Shown in pieces: positions 18,004-28,262 of a stretch of DNA of 64,000 nucleotides. Every line of letters begins with the position of its first letter. Position 1 is the stretch's first letter. The notes beneath the pieces were generated by a model. That model had not been told where the DNA came from. It saw nothing but the letters and a program-made list of their open reading frames with translations, and ran no database searches. The position numbers and the translations under genes are program-made. Origin of the DNA: an uncultured Candidatus Binatia bacterium (GTDB lineage Bacteria; Desulfobacterota; Binatia; UBA9968; JAJDTQ01); the NCBI GenBank assembly GCA_965213675.1, contig OZ243916.1:1-64000 (forward strand), written 5' to 3'.

Positions 18004-19149
18004 ATGATGAAATTCTCGTTTTTCATGATGCCGATTCACGATCCGTCGGAGAATCCCGCCTTGGCCTACGACCGGGATATCTCGCTCATCCACTACGCCG
18101 AGGAACTGGACTTCGACGAGTTCTTCATCGGCGAGCACCATTCCGGCGGGTGGGAGAATATGCCCGCGCCGGAACTGGCGCTGGCCAAGGCCGCGGCCCA
18201 CGCCAAGCGTATCCGCCTGGGCACGTCGGTCATCAATACGCCGTTCCACCATCCCTTTCACGTGGCCGAGCGCATGGCGTTCCTCGACCACCTGACGCGC
18301 GGACGCGCCATCCTGGGGGTGGGGCCGAGCGCGCTGGTGACGGACAAGAAGCTCTTCGGCCTGACCAACGAAAAGCTCCATGCCATGCTGGCCGAGTCCG
18401 TGGATGTCATCGTGCGCCTGTTGGAGTCCCACGATCCCGTCGACCACCACGGCGAGTTCTGGAGCTTCGAGGGCATGCGGCTGCAGCTTCGTTCCTACCA
18501 ACAGCCGCGCATGCCGCTGGCCGTGGCTTCGTCGGGGACTTCCGGGAGTCTCGAGATGGCCGGCCGCTACGGCATGATGCTGCTGTCACCCGCGGGCAAG
18601 AACCGTTGGCGCAATCCGCCCCACGCCGAGCAGTGGAAGACCGTGGAGGCCGCGGCGGCAAGACATGGCAAGACCGCCAGCCGGGACGACTGGCGCATCG
18701 CCACCAGCGTGTATCTCGCGGAGACCCGGGAGCAGGCGTGGGCCGACGTGGAGGCCGGCATCGCCCGGGACATGCAGTACTTCTTCGCCATCGGGCTCAA
18801 GAAGCCCTACGAGGCCTACCCCGACCAGCCGGAGTCGGAGATCACGCCGCGTTCGGGCGCCGACCGGCGCGACTGGATCATCGGCACCCCGGACGACGCC
18901 ATCCGCCACATCGAACGCATGCAAGAGGAAACCGGCGGCTTCGGCGGCCTGATGCTCACTACCCACGAGTGGACCGGCAGCCAGAACCTGCGCCGTTCCA
19001 TGGAGTTGTTCGCCCGCTACGTGATGCCGCACTTCCGCGGCCACACCCGTGGATTCATGGACGAGTGGAACCGCTTGCGCGAGGCCGCGCGCGACGGCGG
19101 CGTGAAGTTGCCGGAGAACGGACGCCCCAGCAACCTGAGCAACGGGTAG
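18004..19149 (+). CDS. LLM-class flavin-dependent oxidoreductase (luciferase-like monooxygenase)
   Basis: IGEHHSGGWE, IRLGTSV, AERMAFLDHLTRGR and ELFARYVMPHF motifs. Confidence 0.92.
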   Translation: MMKFSFFMMPIHDPSENPALAYDRDISLIHYAEELDFDEFFIGEHHSGGWENMPAPELALAKAAAHAKRIRLGTSVINTPFHHPFHVAERMAFLDHLTRGRAILGVGPSALVTDKKLFGLTNEKLHAMLAESVDVIVRLLESHDPVDHHGEFWSFEGMRLQLRSYQQPRMPLAVASSGTSGSLEMAGRYGMMLLSPAGKNRWRNPPHAEQWKTVEAAAARHGKTASRDDWRIATSVYLAETREQAWADVEAGIARDMQYFFAIGLKKPYEAYPDQPESEITPRSGADRRDWIIGTPDDAIRHIERMQEETGGFGGLMLTTHEWTGSQNLRRSMELFARYVMPHFRGHTRGFMDEWNRLREAARDGGVKLPENGRPSNLSNG

Positions 19150-19209
19150 CCGGGGACTCCCCCCAATGTCGTGGAACTCCGTGGGCAGGGGACGGCGGGG
19201 TGACAGGAT

Positions 19210-19237
19210 GCAGGGGCGACCGGCGGGTCGCCCCTGC
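19210..19237. repeat. GTAG-type REP hairpin between convergent genes (possible terminator)
   Basis: Perfect GCAGGGGCGACC-GGCG-GGTCGCCCCTGC. Confidence 0.7.
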
Positions 19238-19254
19238 CGCGTTGGTGGTGAACG

Positions 19255-19974
19255 CTACGCGTCTGACGGCCGCTCGGCGCGCCATGCGTGCAGGTACTGC
19301 ACGATGTCGTCCAGCGGCAGCACGTCGGCGTACTTCTGGTTCATGTCGAAAAGGTTGATGGCGTGGCAGGCTTCGTGCCGGTCGAACACGCATTCCTCCG
19401 CCACCACCATGCGGAAGCGGTAGGTGCAGCCTTCCACCACGCTGGCGCGGACGCAGCCGCTGGTGCTCTCGCCGCAGGCGATGACGGTATCGATGCCGAG
19501 CTGGTTCAGGTGCGCCACCAGCGGGGTGCCCCAGAAGGCGCTGGGGGAGAGCTTGCGCAGCACCGCCTCGCCGGGAAGGGGTTCCACCTCGTCGATAATG
19601 TCGAACTTGTTGCGCCGCCGTTCCAGGGCTTCCGGCGACAGATTGGCCGTGCCCCCGTCGCGCCGGAACGACCATTCGTCAACGCCCGCGCCCGGCAGGC
19701 CCGAAATGTGAATGACGGGGATGCCCACCTCGCGCGCGGTGTGCAGCAGCCGCTGGATATGGGGAATGGCGTTCCATCCGGCCATGCCACAACTCCCCGG
19801 CCACTCCTTGATGGACTCGAGCACGGGTTCGGGCTTGTCGCCGAAAACCCAGCGGTAGAGGTCGATGAGCAGCAGGGCGGGTCTCTTGCCGAAGCCGATG
19901 GGTTTGGGCGGCTTCATGGCCACGTGCGTCTTGTCCTGTTCCGACAGGTAACGATCCCATACGCGTTCGCTCAT
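19255..19974 (-). CDS. Isochorismatase-family cysteine hydrolase (maleamate/N-carbamoylsarcosine amidase-like)
   Basis: GFGKRPALLLID, K.SPSAFWGT and GESTSGCVRA motifs. Confidence 0.9.
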   Translation of the reverse strand: MSERVWDRYLSEQDKTHVAMKPPKPIGFGKRPALLLIDLYRWVFGDKPEPVLESIKEWPGSCGMAGWNAIPHIQRLLHTAREVGIPVIHISGLPGAGVDEWSFRRDGGTANLSPEALERRRNKFDIIDEVEPLPGEAVLRKLSPSAFWGTPLVAHLNQLGIDTVIACGESTSGCVRASVVEGCTYRFRMVVAEECVFDRHEACHAINLFDMNQKYADVLPLDDIVQYLHAWRAERPSDA

Positions 19975-20051
19975 GTGCAGTCTCCTTGGTGTAGCTTGAT
20001 GATACCGATGGCTGCAGCGATCACTTGCTGGTGTGCCGCCGGCCGCGTTAC

Positions 20052-20148
20052 GTCATGCCGGGCTTGACCCGGGGGGCCTTCTCGCGCCTTGCTTGCAACC
20101 GAAAACTCTGTGCGACTTGTCGCATGAATAGGCCGGACACGACCCTAG
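20052..20148. repeat. REP-like hairpin plus right half of MITE family A ending in CTAG
   Basis: GTCATGCCGGGCTTGACCCGG, then CTCGCGCCTTGC...CTTGTCGCA...GACACGACCCTAG. Confidence 0.55.
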
Positions 20149-20177
20149 CTTGAGCCCGGCGCATATGTCAACGCGCG

Positions 20178-21173
20178 TCAACGCGCGTGAGCCGCCGGCA
20201 GCGCCTCCCGCCCGTGGGGCTTGTTCAGGTGATCCATGGCAGGACCCAGCGGGACGATGCCGGTGGGATTCACGTGGGACTGGCTGCCGTAGTAGCCGGC
20301 CTTGATCTGGTGGAGGTCGCAGGTCTCCCGGACACCCGGCCACTGGTACAATTCACGCAGGTAGCCGCTCAGGTTGGGGTAGTCCTGCACGCGGCGCAGG
20401 TTGCACTTGAAGTGGCCGTGATAGACCAGATCGAAACGCAGCAGGGTGGGGAACGCGCGCCAGTCGGCCTCGGTGATGCGCGGGCCGGTGAGGTAGCGGC
20501 GCTCGGACAGCCACCCTTCCAGAGTGTCGAGACCGTGAAACACCTTCGTCACGGCCTCGTCGTACGCTTCCTGCGATTTGGCAAAGCCGGCACGGTAGAC
20601 GCCATTGTTCACGTGCTCGTAGACGAAGTCGTTGACGCGGTCGATCTCCCCGCGCCACGCAACCGGATAGTAGTCGTCCCGGACGCCGGTAAGGCCGTCG
20701 AAGGCCGCATTGAACATGCGGATGATCTCGGATGACTCGTTGTTGACGATGGTGCGGCGCCGGCGGTCCCACAGGGTCGGGACCGTGACCTTGCCGCTGT
20801 AGTCGGGTTTCGCCGCCGTGTAGACCTGGTGCAGCCGGAAGACGCCGTCGTCGCCGGGCGCGAGGTCGTCGAGGCCGCGGGAGTAGGACCAGCCCGCGGT
20901 CTTGGGCCGGTCCGCGTTGGACATGGAGACCACATCGTCCAGGTGCTTGAGCTTGCGCAGGATCATGGCCCGGTGCGCCCACGGGCAGGACGGCGAGACG
21001 AACAAGTGGTAGCGGCCCGGCTCCGCGGGGAAGCCGCCCTCGCCCGTGACGCCGGGCGCCCCGTCGCCGGTCACCCAGTTGCGGAAGACAGAGTCGTCGC
21101 GCACGAAGCTGCCGCGGGTATCGGTCTGTACCTGCCCGTCCTCATGCCACTTGCCGTCGATCAGAACGCCCAT
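20178..21173 (-). CDS. yqjG: Glutathionyl-hydroquinone reductase (Xi-class GST)
   Basis: GRYHL...CPWAHR, TVPTLWD, IVNNESSEI, NNGVYRAGF and NPTGIVP motifs. Confidence 0.93.
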   Translation of the reverse strand: MGVLIDGKWHEDGQVQTDTRGSFVRDDSVFRNWVTGDGAPGVTGEGGFPAEPGRYHLFVSPSCPWAHRAMILRKLKHLDDVVSMSNADRPKTAGWSYSRGLDDLAPGDDGVFRLHQVYTAAKPDYSGKVTVPTLWDRRRRTIVNNESSEIIRMFNAAFDGLTGVRDDYYPVAWRGEIDRVNDFVYEHVNNGVYRAGFAKSQEAYDEAVTKVFHGLDTLEGWLSERRYLTGPRITEADWRAFPTLLRFDLVYHGHFKCNLRRVQDYPNLSGYLRELYQWPGVRETCDLHQIKAGYYGSQSHVNPTGIVPLGPAMDHLNKPHGREALPAAHAR

Positions 21174-21423
21174 GGCAACCTCCTCCTGATACCCCGAGGG
21201 GCGTGAAGTTCACCGTGTCGCCGCATGCGTCCTTGAATAACCCCCGGGGGTCGTGGCCGCAAGGAGCAGCGTTTCCCAACGAGATCCCAACGAGATTCGC
21301 TTCTTTTCTGCTTCCCTTCAGATTCATGACCGACTTGGGAAACACGGCTATGGAAAACCGGATTTGCGAGGCCGCCATGCGCCAAGCGTTGCAGGCTCTG
21401 TGCGGTCGCGCTATCCCCGGACC

Positions 21424-22665
21424 ATGAACTCGCGTCCCAAGGGCACTGGAGCCATGGGCGGATTGCTCGGACTCGCGCTTCTGAGTGTTCTTGTCGTCCC
21501 GGCGCCGGCGTTGGCGGCAGAGTTGCCGCTGCAGGCATTGGCGCGGCGGGAGATCGGCGCCGGCCATGGGGTGTTCGTGCGCGCGGCAAGCGGCGCGGTT
21601 CTGGCGGCGTTGAATTCGAGGCGCGCCTATCATCCCGCGTCGGTCACCAAGGTCGCCACCACGCTGGCGTTCCTCTCGAAGCTGCCGCCGGACCGGCGTT
21701 TCCGGACGGCCTTTCTGGCACAAGGTCCCATGGCCGGCGGCACCCTGGACGGGGACCTCGTCGTGCAGGCGGAGGGCGACCCGTATTTCCTGTTCTCCAA
21801 CGCCTTCCGGGTCCTGTGGGCACTCCGGGAAACAGGGCTTGAGCGGGTCCGTGGCACGATCCGCGTCGAGGGACCGTTCTTCTTTGACTGGACCCCCGAC
21901 CCCGAGGGACACAGGCTGGAACGCGTGTGGACGGGGCGTCTGGCCGCGGAGAGTTGGCGGAGGGTGACGCGGGCGCTTTTCCCCGGCGCATCCATGCCGC
22001 TGCAGGAATACACGATCCGCTTCGATCGCCACGGGGCGCGGCAGCGGCCCGGGTCGCTGCCGTCTCGCCCTCTCGTGGTACATGCCTCGCCGCCGCTGTT
22101 GCGGCATCTCAAGGATTTCAACGCCCACTCGAACGACAACTTTCACGAGTTCTCATATCGGATCGGGGGGCCGGCGGAGGTGCAGCGGATTCTTCGCGCC
22201 CGCGTTTCGGGAGTGCCGCCGCGTTCCATCGTCATCGACAACGCCGCCGGCGACGGACGCAACAACCAGATGAGCCCGCGGGCGGTGGTGGGCATGTTCC
22301 AGGCTCTGGAGCGCACCCTCCGGGAGCGGGGACTTGCCTTCGCGGATGTGCTGCCGGTGGCGGGGGTCGATCCCGGCACCCTGGCGGATCGGCTTGCGGG
22401 GGAACGCTACCGTGGAGCAGTGGTGGGCAAGTCGGGGACGGTGCGCATACTGCGCATCCGGACTCTGGCGGGGATCGCGTACACGCGCAAGTACGGGCGC
22501 ACGTTCTTCGCCATCATGATGCGCGGGGTCCCGCTGTGGACGGCCAGGGAACGTCAGGACGCGTTTCTGCGGGGGCTGCTCGACGCCGGCGGGGCGCGGC
22601 CCTTGCCTGAGAGAAACCCACCGCTCCCCGCGTTCATGGAGGCGCGCCTGGAACCGCCGGAGTAG
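21424..22665 (+). CDS. D-alanyl-D-alanine carboxypeptidase, peptidase S13 (DacB/PBP4-like)
   Basis: PASVTK (SxxK), GDP, HSND and GKSGT motifs; signal peptide. Confidence 0.85.
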   Translation: MNSRPKGTGAMGGLLGLALLSVLVVPAPALAAELPLQALARREIGAGHGVFVRAASGAVLAALNSRRAYHPASVTKVATTLAFLSKLPPDRRFRTAFLAQGPMAGGTLDGDLVVQAEGDPYFLFSNAFRVLWALRETGLERVRGTIRVEGPFFFDWTPDPEGHRLERVWTGRLAAESWRRVTRALFPGASMPLQEYTIRFDRHGARQRPGSLPSRPLVVHASPPLLRHLKDFNAHSNDNFHEFSYRIGGPAEVQRILRARVSGVPPRSIVIDNAAGDGRNNQMSPRAVVGMFQALERTLRERGLAFADVLPVAGVDPGTLADRLAGERYRGAVVGKSGTVRILRIRTLAGIAYTRKYGRTFFAIMMRGVPLWTARERQDAFLRGLLDAGGARPLPERNPPLPAFMEARLEPPE

Positions 22666-22904
22666 TGCCGGCGCAAGCTCCTGGGACGAAGGGTCTCGGG
22701 TCTGCCGTTCCGCGCTCTTCCGGTGGTTCCGAGGCTTTCGGTGGTCTCAGGATGGACTTCGGGAAGTGACGTCGCAAGCTCCCAGGTCGGGCGGCAGAAG
22801 CCGGCGCCGTCCTTGCATGGCCCGCGCACGGTGGTGTACGAGTCCGATGGTGGCGACGCGCATGGGTCGCCGGAATCGGCTCGCAGAACAGGAGGCATCC
22901 GCAC

Positions 22905-23753
22905 ATGGCTGATAGACCCTTGGAAGGAAAAGTGGCGTTGGTGACCGGGGCGGGCAGTCCCATCGGTTTCGGCCGGCGCATGACGTTCGCCTTGACCGCG
23001 GCGGGGGCGCGGGTGGCCATGATGGACGTGAGCGAGGAGTGGGTCCACCGCGCCGCCGACGAGGTGCGCGCCGTGGCCGGCCAGGACAGCGTCCTGCCCA
23101 TCGTGGAGAGCGTGAGTAGTTGGGAAAGCGCGGCCCGGGCCGTCCACACGGCCATCTCCGATCTGGGCGGCCTCGATATCCTGGTCAACAACGCCGGAAC
23201 CAATCCGCGCAACGTCGGCCTGACCGCCGAGTTCCGCGAGAAGTGCTGGGAGGTCTCCCCCGAGGCGTGGCTGCGCGTGTTCGCGGTGAACTGCGCCGGG
23301 CCCTTCTACATGGTGCGCGCCGCGATTGGGCCCATGATCGAAAAGGGCTGGGGACGGATCATCGGCGTCACCACCAGTCTGAACACCATGTACCGCGCCT
23401 ACGGCTCGCCCTACGGGCCGTCCAAGGCGGGCCACGAAGCGTTTATGGCGACCCTGTGCCAGGAACTGGAAGGCACCGGCGTGAGCGCCAATATCCTGGT
23501 GCCCGGCGGGCCGGCCAACACCAACCTCATCCCCCAGGACGCCGACTACAACCGGGACGAATTGATACAGCCGCCCGTGATGGAGAAGCCGGTGGTGTGG
23601 CTTGCGTCGGAGGCGTCCGACGGCGTCAACGGGCGCCGTTTCATCGCCTTTCACTGGGACGAGAGCCTGCCGCTGGAGCAACGCCTGGCCAAGGCGAGCG
23701 CGCCGTGCGCGTGGCCGCAGGCCGGTCAGGCCGCCATCGCGCCGGGGCGGTAG
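22905..23753 (+). CDS. Short-chain dehydrogenase/reductase
   Basis: ALVTGAG...G.G, LVNNAG and YGPSK motifs. Confidence 0.92.
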   Translation: MADRPLEGKVALVTGAGSPIGFGRRMTFALTAAGARVAMMDVSEEWVHRAADEVRAVAGQDSVLPIVESVSSWESAARAVHTAISDLGGLDILVNNAGTNPRNVGLTAEFREKCWEVSPEAWLRVFAVNCAGPFYMVRAAIGPMIEKGWGRIIGVTTSLNTMYRAYGSPYGPSKAGHEAFMATLCQELEGTGVSANILVPGGPANTNLIPQDADYNRDELIQPPVMEKPVVWLASEASDGVNGRRFIAFHWDESLPLEQRLAKASAPCAWPQAGQAAIAPGR

Positions 23754-23814
23754 CCAAGCGCCGGGCCGGCGCGATGGCGGGGGCCGCCGCCGGCGAACCG
23801 GCACAACTCAGCCC

Positions 23815-25335
23815 TCAGTCGCCGCGAGCGGCTTCGTCGCCCTTGAGCCGGGCGACGCCGGCGCGGATGGACGGGAGGAAGATCAGCACCACCGCGAAGA
23901 CCAGCAGCGCCAGGGTCATCGGCCGTTGCCAGATGAAGCCGATGCCGTCGGTGAGGTTCATGGCGCGGGCGAAATTGTTTTCCAGCAGCGGCCCGAGAAT
24001 GAACCCGATGAGCATCGGCGCCAGCGGGTAGCCGGCCATGCGCATGACGGTGGCCACGAACCCCATGCCGGTGAGCAGCAGCAGCTCGGTGGCGTTGTTC
24101 TGGCCGATGTAGCTGCCCATCATGGTGAAGAACAGGATGAACGGGATCAGGTAGTTGCGCGGGATCTCCAGCAGCTTGGCGATGTACGGGATCAGCGGCA
24201 GGTTGAGGATCAGCAGCACGACATTGCCCAGATACATGGAGATGATCACGGCCCAGAAGATGGAGGGATTGTCCACCATCAGGCGCGGCCCCGGCGCGAC
24301 GTTGAGGGCGATGAGGGCGCCCAGCAGGATGGCGGTGGTGCCGGAGCCGGGAATGCCCAGGGTGAGCAGCGGCACGAACGAGCCGGTGCAGGCCGCGTTG
24401 TTGGCGGTTTCCGGCGCCGCAAGCCCCTTGATGGAGCCTTTGCCGAACTTGGCCCGGTCTTCGCCCTTGGCGATGTTGCGTTCCACGGCGTAGCCGAGAA
24501 ACGACGCGATGGTGGCGCCCGCGCCGGGCATGACTCCGATGAAGAACCCCTGGAGCGACTGGCGCCCGATGACCGGGGCGATCTCCCTGGCCTCGTCGCG
24601 GGTGATGCGCAGGTTGGCGATCTTGCCGCGGTCGTCTCCCGCGCGCTCCGAACGCTTCGGGTTGAGCACCAGGTACAGGGCCTCGGGCAAGGCGAACAGC
24701 GCCATGGCCAGGGTGATGAAGCTGATGCCGCTCTGCAGGTCCTGGATGCCGAAGGTGAAGCGCGGCGCGTTGAACAGCGCGCTTTCGCCGACGGTGGCCA
24801 GCATCACGCCCAGGACGGTCATCATCAGCGCCTTGGCCACCTGGCCCGACCCTGCGAAGGCGGCGATGGCGGCGAGGCCCACCACCATCAGTGCGAAGTA
24901 CTCGGCGGAGTGGAACAGCAGCGCCACGGTGGCCAGGCCCGGCGCGAACCCCATCAGCAGGATGGCGCCGATGGTGCCGCCGGAGAACGACCCGATGGCG
25001 GCCACGGTCAGCGCCTTGCCCGCCTGCCCCTGCCGCGCCATGGGGTAGCCGTCGAACGCCGTGGCGACGGTGCCGGCCACGCCCGGCGCGTTGATGAGGA
25101 TGGAGGACGTGGAGCCGCCGAAGATGGCGCCGTAGTACACCCCCGCCAACAGGATCAGCGCGGCCGCGGGATCGCCGATCTGGATGGCGACGGGGATCAT
25201 GATGGCGATGATCGACATGGGGCCGAGGCCCGGCAGCATGCCGATGAGGGTGCCGATCAGGCACCCGGCAACGACCATGAGAAGGTTCTGGATGCTGAAG
25301 GCGGTGGACAGGCCCGCGAGGATTCCTTCAAGCAT
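23815..25335 (-). CDS. tctA: Tripartite tricarboxylate transporter large subunit
   Basis: GMLPGLG, ILINAPG...FDGYPM, APETANNA and LTLGIPGS motifs. Confidence 0.95.
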   Translation of the reverse strand: MLEGILAGLSTAFSIQNLLMVVAGCLIGTLIGMLPGLGPMSIIAIMIPVAIQIGDPAAALILLAGVYYGAIFGGSTSSILINAPGVAGTVATAFDGYPMARQGQAGKALTVAAIGSFSGGTIGAILLMGFAPGLATVALLFHSAEYFALMVVGLAAIAAFAGSGQVAKALMMTVLGVMLATVGESALFNAPRFTFGIQDLQSGISFITLAMALFALPEALYLVLNPKRSERAGDDRGKIANLRITRDEAREIAPVIGRQSLQGFFIGVMPGAGATIASFLGYAVERNIAKGEDRAKFGKGSIKGLAAPETANNAACTGSFVPLLTLGIPGSGTTAILLGALIALNVAPGPRLMVDNPSIFWAVIISMYLGNVVLLILNLPLIPYIAKLLEIPRNYLIPFILFFTMMGSYIGQNNATELLLLTGMGFVATVMRMAGYPLAPMLIGFILGPLLENNFARAMNLTDGIGFIWQRPMTLALLVFAVVLIFLPSIRAGVARLKGDEAARGD

Positions 25336-25384
25336 GGTTGGCCATCCTTACACGAACGAGTGTCCTGTGCCGGTGGTGCGCACC

Positions 25385-25888
25385 TTATGATGCCAACAGA
25401 CCGGACAGGATGCCGGGCCAGGGGCGGAGGAAGATGCCCAGCACTTCCTGCACCAGGTACCAGATCAGAAACGCCGACAGCAGCGCCACCGGAACGAGGA
25501 GAACGTAGCGCCGCTCGCCGAGAATCATGGCGCCGAAGATCAGAAAGAGCGTCGTGGTGGCGAGAAAGCCGGCGGGCCGCAGCAGCAGGGCGTAAGCGAC
25601 CATGAGCGCCAGCAGCAGCAGCGCCTGGCCGAGCTTGTACTGGCGGAGGTTGCCGACGTCGATGTCATCGTCCGCCGTTTGGCCGCCTGCGCCGGGACCG
25701 GATTGCACCAGCACGGCGAGCCCCACCACCGCGCCGATGACGCTCAGCCACTTGGGCAACACGTTGGGCAGAAAGGTCATGTTGCGCTCGAACGGGAGCA
25801 GCGCGGCCTCCATGGCCACGAAGGCCGTGTATCCGTAGGCCACGCAAACGACAACGAATATCAGGGCGATGGCGCGTTCGAGAGTCAT
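25385..25888 (-). CDS. tctB: Tripartite tricarboxylate transporter small subunit
   Basis: Multi-TM small membrane protein between tctC and tctA. Confidence 0.85.
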   Translation of the reverse strand: MTLERAIALIFVVVCVAYGYTAFVAMEAALLPFERNMTFLPNVLPKWLSVIGAVVGLAVLVQSGPGAGGQTADDDIDVGNLRQYKLGQALLLLALMVAYALLLRPAGFLATTTLFLIFGAMILGERRYVLLVPVALLSAFLIWYLVQEVLGIFLRPWPGILSGLLAS

Positions 25889-25988
25889 GAAGCCGCTCCC
25901 GTTGGTTGCGCACACGGCAGGAGTGGCTCCGGGGCGTGTCGGGCGCCCCGGAGCGCAGGGTGGGTGCTTGAGTTGTTTGAGGAAGCCG

Positions 25989-26981
25989 TTACTTGAGGAA
26001 GCCGAGTTGCTGCATCAGCGTCTTGATCACCTTTTCCTGGTTTTCCAGGAACGCGCTGAACTTGTCGCCGGGATTGTGGATGTCCACCCAACCGTTGCGG
26101 TCGCGCACGGCCGTCCATTCCGGGGTGGCGTACATCGCCGCGAGGGCCTTGCGGTACTGGTCGGCCTTCTCCGCCGGCAGCCCCGGGGCGCCGAAGAAGC
26201 CGCGCCAGTTGACGAAGGTCACGTCGTAGCCCTGCTCCTTCAGAGTCGGCGCGTCCTTGAACGCGGGCACGCGCTCGGGGGATGTCACTGCCAGGATGCG
26301 CATTTCTCCGGCCTTGGCCAGTGCCACGGCCTCGGAGAAGCCGGTGGAGCCGGCGGCCACTTCGCCGGACAGGATGGCCGCGTTCAGCTTGCCGCCCGCG
26401 TCGTAAGGAATGTACTTGACCTTGGTGGGGTCGGCGCCCGCCGCCTGAAAGGCCATGGCCGCCACCAGGTGATCCAGCGAGCCGGGAACCGAGCCGCCGC
26501 CCACGGATACCTTCTTCGGGTCCTTCTTGTAGGCCGCCACCACGTCGGCGAAGTTCTTGTAGGGGCTGTCCTTGCCGGTGATGAGGGCTTGGTAGTCGCC
26601 GATGGTGCCGGCGATCATGGTCAGATCGCGGAAATTGTGGGGGAAGCGCCCGGTCAGCGAGCGGATGATGATGGGCGTGGAATTGACCATCAGCGTGCCG
26701 TGGTTGGACGCGGCGTTTTCGATGAGGAAGCCGATGGCCTTGCCGCCGCCGCCGCCCGACATGTTCTCGTAGGAGGCGGACCCGACGATGCCCGCCTTGG
26801 TCAACGCCTCGCCAGTGCCGCGCGCGGTGCCGTCCCAGCCGCCGCCGGCGCCCCCGGGAATGAGGAAGTGGATCTTGTCGACGACCTGCTCGGCCGCGGC
26901 GGGGTTTGCCGCGCTCAGGGCCAGAATGATGGCGGTGGCGAGGGCCATGCCGAATCGCTTCAGATAACGGGTGCGCATCAT
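25989..26981 (-). CDS. tctC: Tripartite tricarboxylate transporter substrate-binding protein
   Basis: IPGGAGGGWDGTAR, NMSGGGG, PTLKEQG and NWRG motifs; signal peptide. Confidence 0.95.
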   Translation of the reverse strand: MMRTRYLKRFGMALATAIILALSAANPAAAEQVVDKIHFLIPGGAGGGWDGTARGTGEALTKAGIVGSASYENMSGGGGGKAIGFLIENAASNHGTLMVNSTPIIIRSLTGRFPHNFRDLTMIAGTIGDYQALITGKDSPYKNFADVVAAYKKDPKKVSVGGGSVPGSLDHLVAAMAFQAAGADPTKVKYIPYDAGGKLNAAILSGEVAAGSTGFSEAVALAKAGEMRILAVTSPERVPAFKDAPTLKEQGYDVTFVNWRGFFGAPGLPAEKADQYRKALAAMYATPEWTAVRDRNGWVDIHNPGDKFSAFLENQEKVIKTLMQQLGFLK

Positions 26982-27170
26982 GGTTTGGTTCCTCCTGACT
27001 GAAAGTAATTGAGCCTCGCACTGATAACGCAGTTAGGATCGTTTGTCCAACTTGAGCCAAGGGCGGTTCAGGCGTTGCGAGGCGCGCCGTTCCGTTCCGC
27101 TTAGAGTTGTTGATGTCCCGCGGCAAATGGGATAAAGAGGCGCAATCGACAAACCCGAGGAGGTGTCTGA

Positions 27171-28172
27171 ATGAACCGGAAAACGTTTTTCCCGACTTTG
27201 GCTCTGGCGGCCGTGCTGTTGCTCGGCGCCAGTGCGTTCGCGCAGGTGAATATCTCGGTGGTGGGCTCGCCCGCAGGCGGTACGCTGCAGGTGAAGTCGG
27301 AAGGCCTTGGAGAGGCGCTGCGCCGGGCTATTCCGAATTCCAACGTTACGGTCCCCACTTCCAGTCCCGCGGCGGGGCTGGCGATGGTGGGCGAAGGCCG
27401 CGCGGCCGTGGGAGTGGGCGCCTCGGCGCGCATGGCGGTGAACGCCATTCGCGGCAACGCGCCGTTCAAGAAAAAGTACGACTTCAAGCTGCTGGCGTTC
27501 TGGGGCGCGGACCTCTTCATGTTCGTGGCCACGCCCAAGGCCGACCTGAGCACGTTCCGCGACTACGTGGCGCGCAAAGCCAAGGACGGCATCTCGGTGG
27601 GTCCCAAGGGCAGCGGCTCCTACATGGTGTTCGATGACGTGGCCAACGTGCACGACACCAACTTCAAGGCCATGGAAGACTGGGGCGCGAAGATCCACTA
27701 CCAGTACTCCGCTCCGTCGCTGGAGCTTCTCCAGGACGGCCAGATCGAGGGACTGGGCGGCCTTTGGGGACAGCCGAGCGCCCGCATCGTCGATCTCACC
27801 AACAACCGGGAGATGGTCTGGGTCGGCTTGGACCAGGAAGCCATCGACAAGCTCGGCGCGGAGTTCGGGTATGAGCACGTGAAGCTCGACAAACCGGGGG
27901 ACTTCGGTTACGGCTACAAGTTCGTCAACAAGAAGCCTCTGGATACCGTGCGCATGGCGGACATCGTCGTCATCGATTCGAAGCTGTCCGTGGATGAGGC
28001 CTACACCATCACCAAGGCCGTTTTCGGCAGCAAGGACTTCCTCGTCAACGTGCACGTTTCCTTCAAGGCGTTGAGCGCCGAGAGCACCATCGCCCTGGAC
28101 GAGGCGTCCGATGCCCTGAACCTACACGAGGGCACCATCAAGTACTTCCGCGAAGTGGGCGCCATGAAGTAG
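27171..28172 (+). CDS. TAXI-family TRAP solute receptor
   Basis: Signal peptide; GSPAGG, VGPKGSG, YTITKAVF and LHEG..KYF motifs; upstream of a fused permease. Confidence 0.85.
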   Translation: MNRKTFFPTLALAAVLLLGASAFAQVNISVVGSPAGGTLQVKSEGLGEALRRAIPNSNVTVPTSSPAAGLAMVGEGRAAVGVGASARMAVNAIRGNAPFKKKYDFKLLAFWGADLFMFVATPKADLSTFRDYVARKAKDGISVGPKGSGSYMVFDDVANVHDTNFKAMEDWGAKIHYQYSAPSLELLQDGQIEGLGGLWGQPSARIVDLTNNREMVWVGLDQEAIDKLGAEFGYEHVKLDKPGDFGYGYKFVNKKPLDTVRMADIVVIDSKLSVDEAYTITKAVFGSKDFLVNVHVSFKALSAESTIALDEASDALNLHEGTIKYFREVGAMK

Positions 28173-28184
28173 CGGCGCACGGCG

Positions 28185-28215
28185 GCATACGCGGGGGCCT
28201 CCGACCCGCGTATGC
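28185..28215 (+). promoter_or_regulatory. Intercistronic hairpin between TAXI receptor and permease
   Basis: GCATACGCGGG-N9-CCCGCGTATGC, perfect 11-bp stem. Confidence 0.5.
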
Positions 28216-28262
28216 GCCCCGCCGCCGCATGGCAACGTTCCACAACGTTTCATACCCCGCCC

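Noticed and set aside
21274-21295. TCCCAACGAGA tandem duplication in an intergenic region
   Set aside because: Only two copies with no supporting context; likely simple slippage
23602-25605. Long alternative-frame or antisense ORFs (also 28229..30283, 36136..38310, 43662..46001, 54229..56241, 62543..63946)
   Set aside because: These are typical high-GC shadow ORFs over well-supported genes, Arg/Gly/Pro/His-rich and without motifs
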